A stretch of 63,827 bases of DNA, filler included, from Octopus bimaculoides (GCF_001194135.2; 6 parts of 5 records of this genome joined end to end with filler, not necessarily neighbours in it), one strand, 5' to 3'. Counted from the whole stretch's first letter, positions 37,878 to 51,371 are shown. Translations and numbers: made by a program. The notes: generated by a model from the sequence alone, not told the origin.

Positions 37878-37952
37878 CGACAGTATGATACCAATGTGTA
37901 CTCAGTATCTGCAGATAGGAAATATGTTTTGCTGACATATAATATCATGCAG
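37878..37952 (+). CDS. DPP4: DPP4-family coding exon 3
   Basis: ttttctttcctcag|CGA..CAG|gtaagt; RQYDTNVYSVSADRKYVLLTYNIMQ aligns with DPP4 INDYSISPDGQFILLEYNYVK; phase 0/0. Confidence 0.92.
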
Positions 37953-39224
37953 GTAAGTTAATTTGATTTTAATCTGTGATAATGATTTGCTTCAAACTTT
38001 AACCAAATCTATGTTCTCTGTTATATCAGTGCAAAGATTATCTTTCTTGCAAATTAATGGGTATCAAAACAACTCAAAACAAGATTAGAGATAGCAGTGT
38101 GTATTGTTGACTAAAGATGGAACTGCTGTTGCTTCAGTGACCCAGTAACTAGATCATAAGTTCAGCATTTTAGAAGTGGCATGCAGTGCATTTTAATAAA
38201 ACTTCAGTGGGTACAATTTCTGAGAAATTTTCAGTTAAAAAAACTATGTTTTCATAAAGCAAAAAGAAAAAAAGAAACAAAAGAAAATGGTGATGACAGG
38301 GATATGAAATGGAAGAAATTTTAAAAACTTCTAAAACTGAAAATGAGATTTTAGCTAGAATGACAATTCAATAAATCAAGACTGAAAATTCAGATTTGAT
38401 TTGATGAATTAAAAATTCATTGAATTTCAATGCAAGTTCAAAATTAAATTTTTGTTTCTACCATCATTGATTTTCATCAGTTTGAAATTTAGAACTGGAA
38501 AAAGAAGGTAAACAAAGCCACTCGAAAGCCAAAACAGAAACTAAGTTAAATCAAAATCCCTATGTATCAAAATTTTAAAATATAACATATATGTAGAGTT
38601 GGAAAGGAATGTCATTTTGAAGGTTAGCATTGATTAGTTATTGATATGTACAAAGTGAAAAAAAATGGAACTGTAAAATCATAACTATAAAAAGTACTGC
38701 CATATATATGTAAAAGGTGATATATTAAATATGATCTAAGAGGAAGTGTGGCAATTTTTTTAAAAATGTTCTTACTACAGGGGAAAAAAATGAAAATGAA
38801 ATCTTAAGTTTCAAGGGAAACAGAAAAGAATTTTATGTTTTGGTTGAAATGTTTCATAGCAAAGAGGAGAAATCTGTCTGCTGATTATTTTCATTTAAAT
38901 GTATCCACATACACATTTTAACTACAAAGAATACAAATCACTCTTCTCCTCCTCAAAAAAGCGTTTATAGCCTGAAATGTGTGTATGTGTGTGCATGTGA
39001 TTATTCAGTATTATTTCAAGATTTTTAGCCAATAGAAAAAGAGCCGGCTTCTAACCTAGATTTAAGGTTCCTTCATTGAAATTTTAACATCAACAACAGG
39101 GTATATATGCATGTATGTATCTATACATACATACTTGCAGATTTGAATGTTTTGCTTTATGCATGTATTCTCATGCATATAGTTGCATATCTAAATATGC
39201 TCATATATACTTCAATGATAAACT

Positions 39225-39904
39225 TCTCGGAAGTTTTACAGATTTTTAGTTTCAGTGATGGCTTGGATCTGTAGTCTTCAAATAAGCTTTCTCCTTTCTG
39301 GTTTTGAGAAGCCTAATTTCTCAAAACTGGTATTTAGGTAGTGTGTTACATATTCCAGTGCCCCAATAATAATTACAGGTATAAACCTGAACTTGTAATC
39401 TGGATAGAGTAACTGCATATTTCTCAATAGTTCAGCATAGGTATTCTCTTTTTTAATGATCTTCAGCTTTATGTTAACATCTGCTGGACAGCTGATTTCT
39501 ACAATTGTACACAATTTCTTTTCTCTGTCCCAAATCATTATATCAGGCCTATTGTGTTTATATTTAATTGAGGTTTTCACTGGGACATTCCACAAGTACT
39601 CCTATTTATTGAGCGGCCTTGGCTTCTTCCATACTGTGGGTCCTTATTTCTTTGTCCTTGGGGTTATCCTTCAGATGGATTTCATTATATAGTATCCTAG
39701 CTACAACATCATGTCTCATCAGTATCATACGGTGATGATATTTTTGGACAGTTGCTTATGATGTGGGTGATATCTTTGGTGTTAACTCCACAAAGTCTGC
39801 ATCAGTTATCACATTTTGCTACTTTTCCTGCATCTCTGTCTCTTTGTGAATCAGATATTTGGTTGATATTTCCTGTCCCTGTATTGCAAATGCATACCCT
39901 TCAA

Positions 39905-39905
<1 letters not shown>
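39225..39905 (-). mobile_element. R4/Dong-clade LINE 3' end (zinc knuckle plus PD-(D/E)xK restriction-like endonuclease)
   Basis: [13 protein letters not shown]; [21 protein letters not shown]; WNVPVKTSIKYKHNRPDIMIWDREKKLCTIVEISCPAD..KENTYAEL..FIPVIIIGALEY. Confidence 0.9.
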
Positions 39906-40315
<410 letters not shown>

Positions 40316-41447
40316 ACACACACACATAAATTATCTAACCATTGTGTATGCACCTAGTAGTTAACCGATGAAGCACATTCACTGCCTATGGCTACCTGAT
40401 GTCATATATATACAACAAATGATAGAGTAGGAAGAGCATCCAACCATAGAATCCAACCCAAAACAGACAATGAAACCTGGTGCGGCCCTTGGTTTTGCCA
40501 GTTCATATTAAGTTGCCTAACCCATGCCAGCAGGGAAAACAAACATTAAGTGTTGATGATGATGATGGTTGTAAGATAGCTTATCTATTCAGATATAGTT
40601 TTCATTCATGATTTTCCTTATGCAATATTTGAGATTGACTATAATGCATTTTACATTGATGCTAACCCTTGTGAGGTTAGCATCGATGAAAATAACAGTT
40701 ACTATAGCAATGATAGCATTTCGAAAAAGTTCTTGTACAGCCATAGCCTGATCATAAATAAAACATATGCCTAAGTAGATAAATTACATAAAAATCTGTG
40801 GAAAACAGCAGAAAAAATAAACAGAAATAAATGAACAAATATAGAATTATCTAATGAAATAACTGACCTGAGATACTGAATGAATTTTTCATGTTTTGAT
40901 AGAGGTTTTTCTTTTAGTTACATTTCTCTTGAGGAATATCATTTATGGCTGATTTTTCTGCACCTCCATCTTGGCATATCAAATTGCTACTGAACCATGA
41001 GGGATATTTCAGGCAAATAGATTTTATTTTTAGTGGTGATATCAGATATTCATAGATACCATAGTTATACAAAAGTACAAATCTTACCCTATTACGGAAG
41101 GAGGAAATGGACAAAGAAACATTTTCTGTCCCTTCTTCTTTAATAAAACTGTGATTAATGCATATCAATCAAAATTTAAGATCAAAGGAAACAAGTTGTG
41201 AATGTTCTAACATCACTTTTATGACTTGATATAGTTGTAGTTACATATGATGATAATTATATGATTATGATGATGATTATAAATATGTTTACAATGTTTT
41301 GCAAATTATGTGTAGGCTCAAGGCCACACATGCTGGAAGGGGAGGAGTCAATGAAATGGACTCCAGTACTTGACTGATACTTTATTTTCTCAACCTTGAA
41401 AGGATGAAAGGTAAAGTTTACTTCAGTGGTATTTGAATTCAGAACTT

Positions 41448-41858
41448 AGGCGCAGGAGTGGCTGTGTGGTAAGTAGCTTGCTTACCAGCCACATGGTTCC
41501 GTGTTCAGTCCCACTGTGTGGCACCTTGGGCAAGTGTCTTCTACTATAGCCTCGGGCCGACCAAAGTGGATTTGGTAGACGGAAACTGAAAGAAGCCCGT
41601 CGTATATATATGTATGCATATGTGTGTGTATATGTTTGTGTGTCTGTGTTTGTCCCCCAGCATCGCTTGACAACCGATGGTGGTGTGGTTACGTCCCCGT
41701 AACTTAGCAGTTCGGCAAAAGAGACTGATAGAATAAGTACTAGGCTTCCAAAGAATAAGTCCTGGGGTCGATTTGCTTGACTAAAAGGCGGTGCTCCAGC
41801 ATGGCTGCAGTCAAATGACTGAAACAAGTAAAAGAGTAAAAGAGAGAGAGTAAAGAGA
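41448..41858 (+). mobile_element. SINE family B, full length, inserted into a family A SINE (about 41335-41447, minus strand)
   Basis: aggcgcaggagtggctgtgtggtaagtagc (A box) ..ccgtgttcagtcccactg (B-box region) ..aaggcggtgctccagcatggctgcagtcaaatgactgaaacaagtaaaagag. Confidence 0.92.
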
Positions 41859-42440
41859 TGTAACCGAATACCACCAGGAATTTTTTCCAATGTTTGAATG
41901 TTGCCCTCTCTCATCATCATCACTGCCATTATCGTCATCGTCATCATCATCATCATCATCATCATCATACATTCACTTTACTATGCAAGCATGGGTTGGA
42001 CAGGTTTTCTCTAGTACAGCATCACACCATTTACTACATCCTTTATGAAGTTCAACCTCTTCAGATCAGTTTTTTCACCATTTCTTCCCTTATCGTTCAT
42101 GGTTTTCTTCTCTTGCATGATTCTTCCATATGGATTACTCAGTAATTCTTTACCCAACTGTCAACTTTCATGCTCTGCATTACACATTCATACCAATACA
42201 TGTCCATACCAATCTTCTCTCTTATATCGTACATCTGATTTTCGTCAGCTTATTTGTGCTCCATTATTCATTCATTTACAAATATTACACACACACACAC
42301 ACAAGATTCAGGGTGGTGGTGGGACATGGCTGCTTCATTTCTTTTAAGCTTTCACACCTCCTTTGCACTCAGTGCTCGATGTTTTGTTTCAATGCACCGT
42401 TGTACTTGATACATGAGCATCTTACAATCCACATATCACA

Positions 42441-42810
42441 TTGTTGGCACTCCGTCGCTTACGACGTCGAGGGTTCCAGTTGATCCGATCAACGAAACAG
42501 CCTGCTCGTGAAATTAACATGCAAGTGGCTGAGCATTCCACAGACACGTGTACCCTTAACGTAGTTCTCGGGGATATTCAGAGTGACACAGTGTGACAAG
42601 GCTGACCCTTTGAATTACAGGCACAACAGAAACAGGAAAAAAGAGTGAGAGAAAGTTGTAGTGAAAGATTACAGCAGTGTTTGCCATCATCCCCTGCTGG
42701 AGCTTTAGGTGTTTTCGCTCAATAAACACTCACAATGCCCGGTCTGGGAATCAAAACCATGATCCTATGACCACGAGTCCGCTGCCCTAACCATTGGGCC
42801 ATTGCACCTC
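42441..42810 (-). mobile_element. SINE family C, full length, tRNA(Arg)-like head
   Basis: Minus strand reads gaggtgcaatggcccaatggttagggcagcggactcgtggtc..ttgattcccagaccgggc: A and B boxes with a TCG anticodon-like triplet. Confidence 0.88.
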
Positions 42811-43133
42811 CGATACGACAAGAGTTATTGACTCTCTGAACTTTTCTTGCCAATTCCCTACTCTGGCTCCTATATTTTCAGAGCATTTGCCTCCACTGCT
42901 AACTAGATTACCTACTCTAGGGTCACAAATATGGGGAAAAGGTGTTGCTGACTACTGACACTATTACTTGACTAGAACGTCATCTTACTGTTGTTGGAAG
43001 AATGAAAGATAAAATTGAAATCAGAATACAAACAACCTCAACAAATACTATAAGGCATCTTTTCTGATGCTTTAATGATTCTTCCAATCCAGTGCCCTAC
43101 TACTATTACTACTATTACTACTACTACTACTAC

Positions 43134-43167
<34 letters not shown>

Positions 43168-43321
43168 AGTAATGATGGTTTCAAGTCTTGGCACAAGACC
43201 AACAAGTTCGGAAGGAGCTAAGTTGATTAGATCAACCCCAGTGCCCTGCTGGTACTTATTTTATTGACCCAAGAGTGATGAAAGGTAATGTCAACAATTA
43301 ATAATAATAATAATAATAATA

Positions 43322-43653
43322 ATCCATCAGGAATCACTGCTGAGATGCTCAAAATATCTGGCAGTGTTGGCTATAGCCTAGTCACCCGTATTACGAACCA
43401 GGTGATACACGAAGGAGTCATACCCAATGACTGGTGTAGCAGCATCATAGTCAACTGCTACAAAGGTAAAGGGGACGCTTTAGATACAAATAATTACAGA
43501 GGCATCAAGCTGTTAGATCAGGTTATGAAAGTTACAGAGAGGGTCATAGCCCAACTAATTAGGGAGCGAATCAATTTAGATGAGATGCAGTTTGGGTTCG
43601 TGCCAGGTAAAAGCACTACTGATGCCTTATTTCTAGTGAGACAGTTGCAGGAG
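43322..43653 (+). mobile_element. RTE-clade LINE RT N-terminal fragment (open frame, truncated by gap)
   Basis: PSGITAEMLK..IPNDWCSSIIVNCYKGKGDALDTNNYRGIKLLDQVMKVTERVI..LDEMQFGFVPGKSTTDALFLVRQLQE. Confidence 0.93.
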
Positions 43654-43812
43654 NNNNNNNNNNNNNNNNNNNNNNNNNNNNNNNNNNNNNNNNNNNNTTA
43701 ATTAATTAANNNNNNNNNNNNNNNNNNNNNNNNNNNNNNNNNNNNNNNNNNNNGGTCTCTGGGTGAGACTTGGATCCAACTTGTACAAATGCAAAACAAA
43801 AGTCAAACATAA

Positions 43813-43840
43813 AATAATAATAATAATAATAATAATAATG

Positions 43841-43912
<72 letters not shown>
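43813..43912. repeat. (TAA)n/(TGA)n microsatellite
   Basis: Direct inspection. Confidence 0.97.
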
Positions 43913-43913
<1 letters not shown>

Positions 43914-43914
43914 A

Positions 43915-44480
43915 CGTCTTGATGCAGGGAGTGGCTCTCATGGTTTCTGATCTCAACTGATGACTGGAAGTGTTATCATGTACTTGTTTTGTCTTGGTAT
44001 GAAAGATTGGCTACACCAAAAATTCTGCTCAATACCACAGATTTGCTTGTCAGTTACTTGTCCGTAACCAGTTGAGCACGTCCCTTGGTGACTAACAATT
44101 TGCGCATTTCTGATCACGAGCAGGAGTAGTGGGGAAGCATTATGGCCATGTGTTGCGAGGAATTCTTTGGGATTTGAATAATTCACCTCAGGAAACATGG
44201 GTGTTTCATTCATCATCCTTAAACACCGATAGTTAGACAACTTTTGAGTGGGACGGGCTACTCGACCCGAAGAAAATTCAAACTGGGACCCCTCTGCAAG
44301 GTTATGCGCTATTTATCTTGATATGAGATCACCTTGTTGCGCACATGGTTGTGATGCATGTACCAGGTGTACCCTTATCGGAGGGATCGTCATGACGGGT
44401 ATATTGGGCTTCATATATTTGTACCCTAGTGTCACTTTGATGGCATGCGCTGTTCTATCATTCAATAATAATAACAGTGT
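43915..44480 (+). mobile_element. Unclassified interspersed repeat, probably a retroposon 3' end with an (AAT)n tail
   Basis: GC-richer block ending ..ctgttctatcattcaataataataac. No intact ORF. Confidence 0.35.
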
Positions 44481-44842
44481 TTCTGAATTAGACACCTCCA
44501 TATAGCAGTTCTCTGTGCTATACTGTCAAAGGATCTGGACAGGCAAAGTTGTGTAGAAGGTCTGGCTACGAGTATGTACTGAGCCTGTAACGTCAAAATG
44601 ATTGCATTTGAGTTTCTCTATAACACATTACAATATCACATAGGTTGCGCTAACATCATGAGTGATGTCATAATCTTAATTTTTCTTGATATGAAGCAAA
44701 CCTTACAGTTCATTCTAAAGGTTACATCACTCTTATATTTGAAGACTATTAGAAATATATCATGTTTCTTCTAACGTTAGAAGTTTATTTAATAGCCTAA
44801 TTTCCTGGTAAGTGCTAATTGCTATCAACCAGATATCACAAT

Positions 44843-45232
44843 ACTCTTTTACTCTTTTAACTCTTTTACTTGTTTCAGTCATTTGAATGTGGCCATGCTG
44901 GAGCACCGCCTTTAGTCGTGCAAATCGACCCCAGGACTTTTTATTTGTATGCCAAATATTTATTCTATCGGTCTGTTTTGCCGAACCGCTAAGTTTTGGG
45001 GACCTAAACACACCAGCATCGGTTGTCAAGCGATGTTGGAGGGACAAACATATACATACATACATATATATATACGACGGGATTCCTTCAGTTTCCGCCT
45101 ACCAAATCCACTCACAAGGCTTTGGTCGGCCCGAGGCTATAGTAGAAGACACTTGCCCAAGGTGCCACGCAGTGGGACTGAAATCGGAACCATGTGGTTG
45201 GTAAGCAAGCTACTTACCACACAGCCACTCCT
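44843..45232 (-). mobile_element. SINE family B, full length
   Basis: Reverse complement of the 41448-41858 unit. Confidence 0.92.
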
Positions 45233-46841
45233 ATAAATAATACCAAATAATAGTAGAACAATCAGTACATCTCGAGAAATATTTTTGAATATTTATCTTA
45301 GTCACCGACAGAATTGTAGAAACTATAAGTAGTTTATTTAACATGCCATTCTTGTTAGAAAAAGTGGTATTTTGTAGGATATTGCTGCTACCATCATCTA
45401 TCAGCTACTAGACAAAGTGAGAAGGCAAGTAATTTTACAGTTAACCTAAACGAATCTGTCAAATATATAACAAGCTTTTTCAACTCTCTTCAGTCCACAG
45501 CTTCCCTCGTTACAATCAGTAACTAAAAGTGGACGCACCTATTATGTTGCTATTATGAATGGATACGTTAAGGGAGAATTTGCTTTCATTTCATGTTTCT
45601 CTGACATGCTATCATATACGCCATTTGAGTTGAAGCGGCTTCCATTTCAGGTAATGCTTTTTCTATAGCCATTTGCAAGTCTCAACGTTAGTCTCTCAAG
45701 TTTCATGGGGCTGATTCGACAATTCTATGTTTCTATCAAAGCTAGACCTCTGTTACATGAGTAAGTGACTATGAAGGAGACGTCTTTTGTCAGAGCATTT
45801 GAAACATGTTAAAATTGCTTTTGTTTAATGTGTTGCAAAGCAATTTAGGATTACATGAAAACATTTAAAGTAAAATATACAGTCGGTATTATCTAAACTC
45901 ATAATGTGAACATTACCAATAAATACAATCTCAAATATTTCGGGCATTGTAGAATTGCAAACGAAACCAAGTTTAGACATTTATGCAATATAATCACATA
46001 GAAACAATATTACATGAAAGTTTGCTAGAGGTAATTTAAATATTCAAGTTTTTAACAAAAATAAGTGGCTTCTACATATTCTAACACTAGCAAAGCAGGT
46101 TACCTCACTAGTAATTACTATAGTAAATCAATGTTCTTGTCGATCTAGAAATACAGTTACAAGTGCCATTACTCATTTTAAACATTGAGTCATGTTTCTC
46201 TTGTAGAGGAGTGGGATTGTTGGAGATTATCACTGCAAAACAACTAAGGTGAACAGATAATGATAATGGTTAATTCAATTCTATCCCCAAAATATCTGCG
46301 AACGGAAGAAAGGTTTAGTAGCATAATTGAAGTGGTCTACTACAAACTATCTCCTGCTGGTCTCAATACTACAAAGAAATAAACGCATTATTGTTGCTAG
46401 TATTATGGTTGTTCCTGTCGCCACAGAATTATTTCAAATTTATCGCCTTATATACTTGTTGATTTGCAGCATGCAGATAACAAAGAATTGGCAAATTATT
46501 TAAACATTTTGGAGCCAAATTGATTACCTATTTTGTTTCTTTAAAACATTAATCATTGGCGTCGTTAAATGCCTACACTAACAAATATTGTCACGAAATT
46601 TTATTCTCTCTAATCTACATTCCGTTCTCTTTTTGCTTTTGACTTTTTTAAGTACATGTTCCCTACTTATAAATACAAATTTCAATTTCGATGAGAGTTC
46701 CTCTATTCTACAATTTACAACCTCCAAAATAACAAGATATTTCTTTCTAAAATTTCCTAATTTTTCTTCATTAGAAACATGTACTTCTAAAAATATCTTT
46801 CAAGCATCTCCCAAATGTATTATTCAAACAAAGTAAACAAT

Positions 46842-47257
46842 AGGCGCAGGAGTGGTTGTGTGGTAAGTAGCTTGCTTACCAACCACATGGTCCCAGGTTC
46901 AATCCCACTGCGTGGCACCATGGGCAAGTGTTTTCTACTATAGCCTCGGGCTAACCAAACCATTGTAAATGCATTTGGTAGACGGAAACTGAAAGAAGCC
47001 TGTCGCATATGCATATATGTATATGTATATGTATATATATGTATATTAAGTGTGTCTATGTTTATCCCCACACCATCGCTTGTCAACCGATGTGGGCGTG
47101 TTTACGTCCCCGTAACTTAGCGGTTCGGCAAAAGCGATCGATAGAATAAGTATTAAGTTTACAAAGAATAAGTCCTGGGGTTGATTTGTTCAACTAAAGA
47201 CGGTACTCCAGCATGACTGCAGTCAAATAACTGAAACAAATAAAAGAATAAAAGAAT
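46842..47257 (+). mobile_element. SINE family B, full length
   Basis: aggcgcaggagtggttgtgtggtaagtagc..caggttcaatcccactg..gactgcagtcaaataactgaaacaaataaaagaataaaagaa. Confidence 0.92.
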
Positions 47258-47545
47258 AATATTTAGTAACTATTTGCTAACCAATAATTATTAAACATTT
47301 TGACACATGTAAAAAACAGGTATCTTTGCTTCATAAAAGTTTTGAATATATTAAATGACTCCATAAAAGAAACGTTTTCGTGTCATTGCCAGAAAATTAG
47401 CGATTACATTTTATACTGAGAACTTTAGATGAATAAATATACAAACATATTGAGCCGTGCAATGTAGAAATAAGAAATCCAAAAGCTGAGTTATTAAGAA
47501 CCAAACAAACAGTTGGCGATCATTGTTTTTTTCTTTTTTATCTAG

Positions 47546-47570
47546 CTGCTGGAACTATGTTGTGTCCACG
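47546..47570 (+). other. Candidate 25-nt micro-exon upstream of the FReD exon
   Basis: ttttttttctttttta tctag|CTGCTGGAACTATGTTGTGTCCACG|gtaagt. Frame LLELCCVH+G (phase 0 to 1) joins the FReD exon in frame; an alternative ATG TTG TGT CCA CG reading is phase 2. Confidence 0.4.
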
Positions 47571-48109
47571 GTAAGTAGACTGAATATTTTAAAGGCTACA
47601 TATGTTTACGTAGTTACTGCAAGGAAATAAAGATTACCACTATTACCAGTAGCAGGATTTTAAGATATATGAGTGATTGGTTTCTGGTGATATTAAGTCC
47701 TATTCAACTAAAAGTGAAAATTACCTACAATAAATAAGGACAATATGCTTCTCATCTGCCATTGGAACGGGTGATAAGCACGGGTTCAGAGGAGAGAGAG
47801 AGAAGTAGAAATAATATGCAAATTCTCTGTTTTTTGCTCTTGTGGGATATATACGGAAATAATATTTTAGAAAAGCTTTCTCTTGATGAAAATATGTCAC
47901 AGGGAACGTTGAGAAAATTAAGAGTTAAGAATGATCGAAATTTAGATTATTCAGGTTTCAAATTTGGTTTTCAACGTACGTACATGAACTATGCAGTAAC
48001 ACTAAATTTGTTTTCATATACATATTTATATATTAATGGATAATCTCTAGTTAGAGTCAAGTCCAGAAAGTTGTTGGGAGGGAACAATGGATTATACCAA
48101 CTCTCGTAC

Positions 48110-48770
48110 GTAACTGGCAGTATCGTAATTATCAGCATCGGAAAGATGGAAGCGAAAGAAACAGCTTGATTTGAAATCAAAACAGAAACTATGTATTTTG
48201 TCTGACACCATAACAATTCTGTAACGTAATTCTTTGATATTTTAATTAATAAAGACTCTGCAAAAGAGTTTGCAACGTGTATTACTTGATGCATTTTGTC
48301 TATGAGTAACTGATGTTTGATGTCTGATAAAAACGGTGAAACTAATGAAACTGGTTTTCATTTTCTGGTCACAGATAAAAAGAACATGAAGCTACTTCTA
48401 ACAGCAACACACCCATGAGAATACCTTATATCACTATTTTCCAGAACAGTTTATAAAATTTGAACAAGAAACTTCCCATTACAGTATGTTTCTCTTATTC
48501 GTGACGATTTTAACGCACTTGTCATATATTCTTTCGTTCATTTAATAAATAGTTGTTGTTATGTTGTAATCTTGCCATTGCATTCTTTTTCTGATAGGAG
48601 GAAAAGACACAGGTGGTGCAATTAAATACTAGACCAAACGCTCTTCAGTATTTCATTTACGTGTATTTTTATGATTTCAGTCCTATTTCTGAAGATCGGC
48701 TTGGTTTTTTCATTTTTACGTACTTGGTAAGGTAAAGCACAAATTAAATAGTAAAAGTAGTTACAGTCCT
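48110..48770 (-). mobile_element. Possible non-autonomous Helitron-like remnant
   Basis: Left end gtaactggcagtatcg resembles the gtaactagcagagatac Helitron 3' terminus at 19840; no ORF. Confidence 0.3.
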
Positions 48771-49191
48771 TCATCCTAGTAGTTACAGCCCTTCATCCCA
48801 TGCTAAACTTAGAAATTATGTTTAATTTTGACAATAGATGCAAGCCGTTATCTACATATGATATTCTGCAGTAGATGACTGGAAGAATTAGGTGAACAAT
48901 TCGAGGCTTTCAACTCTTAATGAATTGAAGACCAAATATGAGAACAAGTCGTAATAGTTTCAGACAGAAGCATTCTATTTTGAGTAGGAGGTAATTTGGC
49001 GTCGAAAGGATAATTTTGTTGGAAGTTAGTCTAATTTATAGCTGAAAGGAATCATTCAATATAAAGAGATTTTCCGTTATACAGAAAATATAGAAATGAT
49101 GGCGTCTTTAGATTTAAACAGTGCATTCATGAACAAATGATAGCTACGTAGGCATTACATCCTATACATGTTCATGCATATGCGTGTAGGT

Positions 49192-49239
<48 letters not shown>

Positions 49240-49705
49240 CAGTGTTTGAAGCGCAGAAAATCATATGATTTCTGTCTAGTATTATTCACGAAATATTGCA
49301 TATTGTGTATACATTATTTGAGAGCTACTACAGTAGAGCCCTAAGACATTTATCCAAACAAATGGAAATAAAAGCTGTTACAAATTCAACAGGAGAAACA
49401 AAAACGATTGAACATACAATTTCCAACTGCATATTATAAAGATATGTTCAAAGTACATTCAAAACAAGAATGTCAAGTGCATTAATGATAGGTATCTGAC
49501 TCTTTAATGAACTTATTGTTGCTCTGTAAGAACTTATTGTTGCTCTGAAATGTAATCCATTTCGAAGTGAAGAATCTCTTACGATGCAACTTTGAATTAT
49601 CGAAGAAGATACTAACGTCAGCAAATGATGTAGTACAGAAACATTTGACAAAAAGGGAAAAGGTAAAAAAAAAAGAAGAAAAAGGAGGATGAGAAGGAAG
49701 TGGAA

Positions 49706-49806
49706 GAAGAAGAAGAAGAAGAAGAAGAAGAAGAANNNNNNNNNNAAGAAGAAGAAGAAGAAGAAGAAGAAGAAGAAGAAGAAGAAGAAGAAGAAGAAGA
49801 AGAAGA
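49706..49806. repeat. (GAA)n microsatellite (gap-interrupted)
   Basis: Direct inspection. Confidence 0.95.
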
Positions 49807-49809
49807 ACT

Positions 49810-49935
49810 TTTTGGACATCCACCAAGTATTGGTAGTCGACACTGTCGAAAGCATTAGTTTGATCTAAATTTATCAGAGCACCATACAGTCTATGATGTA
49901 TCACATGAGATGGAATTTGTCGTGGAGAGCACATG
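49810..49935 (-). mobile_element. Tx1/L1 RT fragment
   Basis: YGALINLDQTNAFDSVDYQYL parallels GGAPINLDQSKAFDRVDHLYL at 25230-25290. Confidence 0.7.
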
Positions 49936-50799
49936 TTTGCACATCAGTAATTAGACCATAGACAACAAGTACCAAATACTGTGCTTTGCTAACACCTTGG
50001 CTCAAATTTTGAAATTTGCGTTTAACAGCGTTGAACGCCTAGAATTATTAATGTGACACCATTTCTTTGTATATCTTCACTGTAACGCTACCGCACCTCG
50101 ACTCACAGAACGGGGAATTCTCCTCTTCCGCTGGCAGTTGCGATAGATGTCCGACAAAAGGCATCCAAACTAGTCTGAATTATAAAAGTGAAATTAGTTG
50201 GGAAGACTGTACGGACTAAGCGATTTAAACTCTGTACAGCTAACAATCATTTTCTGTATTGCTGACAGTCACAGTCGACCCTCGAGATACGCATGATAGT
50301 TCATTCTGCACTCAAGCCCACCATTTGTCCTGAACAGTCAACCGAAATGTTGTTGAAACCTTACATATCTGCTTGGAGTAGAGTAACAGGGGCCCATTAG
50401 GGGCCACCAAAAACTAAGTCGTGACGTTCTTGCCACGTTGCAGTAGACTATCGAAAGCCTTTTGCTCCTCATTTCTTAGAGTACGGCGATTTCTACCATT
50501 AAGTCATTACCAAGCTAGTGGAACATGGCAAAGAAGCCGTGAACAACGAAGAGAATATATTATCGATTGATTATCTAAAATCGTTAATAAAAATATAAAG
50601 ATTAAAATAAAAGACGAAAAATGTAAGCACTTTTATCTGACAACTCAATATATTATGCTCTAAATCTTACCTATATATCTCCCTTGGTATTACATTTTGA
50701 AATATGTCGTATATAAATTAAAAGTGTAGCTATTTTATGATTCTGTTTGCCAATAAGAACTATTGAATTACTCAATGTCGTTGGAAACTTCAAGAGTAG

Positions 50800-50838
<39 letters not shown>

Positions 50839-51225
50839 TTGTTTTGCAAGATTGTTGATGTGAAATCGTGTGTTGAAACAGATGTTGTTGTACTTGGGGA
50901 TGGTCATATTGCCAGTTTAGCCAATAAAAACACACGCACTGTATATTTGGTGTTAATTTGCTTCAGCTTTATATTACATTAATCTTAATCTTATNNNNNN
51001 NNNNNNNNNNNNNNNNNNNNNNNNNNNNNNNNNNNNNNTTAATTAATTAANNNNNNNNNNNNNNNNNNNNNNNNNNNNNNNNNNNNNNNNNNNNTCTTTT
51101 CAGGGTTGCTTTGGCACATTTTTCTAATCCGAATTTCATATCTATTTCCTTGGTAAAGCCGTGTACTGTCTGTAGTAATGTTTCTAGCTCTCTGTCGTTT
51201 TTAGCATATAATTTTAGGTCATCCA

Positions 51226-51305
51226 TCGACTAAAGGCGGTGCTCCAGCATGGCCGCAGTCAAATGACTGAAACAAGTAAAAAAGTAAAAAAGTAAAGTAA
51301 AAAGT
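51226..51305 (+). mobile_element. SINE family B 3' tail
   Basis: tcgactaaaggcggtgctccagcatggccgcagtcaaatgactgaaacaagtaaaaaagtaaa. Confidence 0.8.
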
Positions 51306-51371
51306 AAGTCTGAAAACAAAATAATTTAAAGACTTGGAGAAACAAAATCTTTTTCTTTCTTTATTTTTCAG

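Noticed and set aside
40584-40610. Frame LFRYSFHS resembling the missing DPP4 exon 4 (WRHSY)
   Set aside because: No usable acceptor and an in-frame TGA right after; probably chance.
42700-42810. tRNA-like cloverleaf with A and B boxes
   Set aside because: Head of a SINE, continuous with the SINE body; not a tRNA gene.
46207-46248. Possible 42-nt exon (tcttgtag|AGGAGT..CTAAG|gtgaac)
   Set aside because: Weak donor and no recognisable peptide; no independent support.
49509-49547. 21-bp tandem duplication gaacttattgttgctctg
   Set aside because: Only two units; ordinary slippage, not an array.
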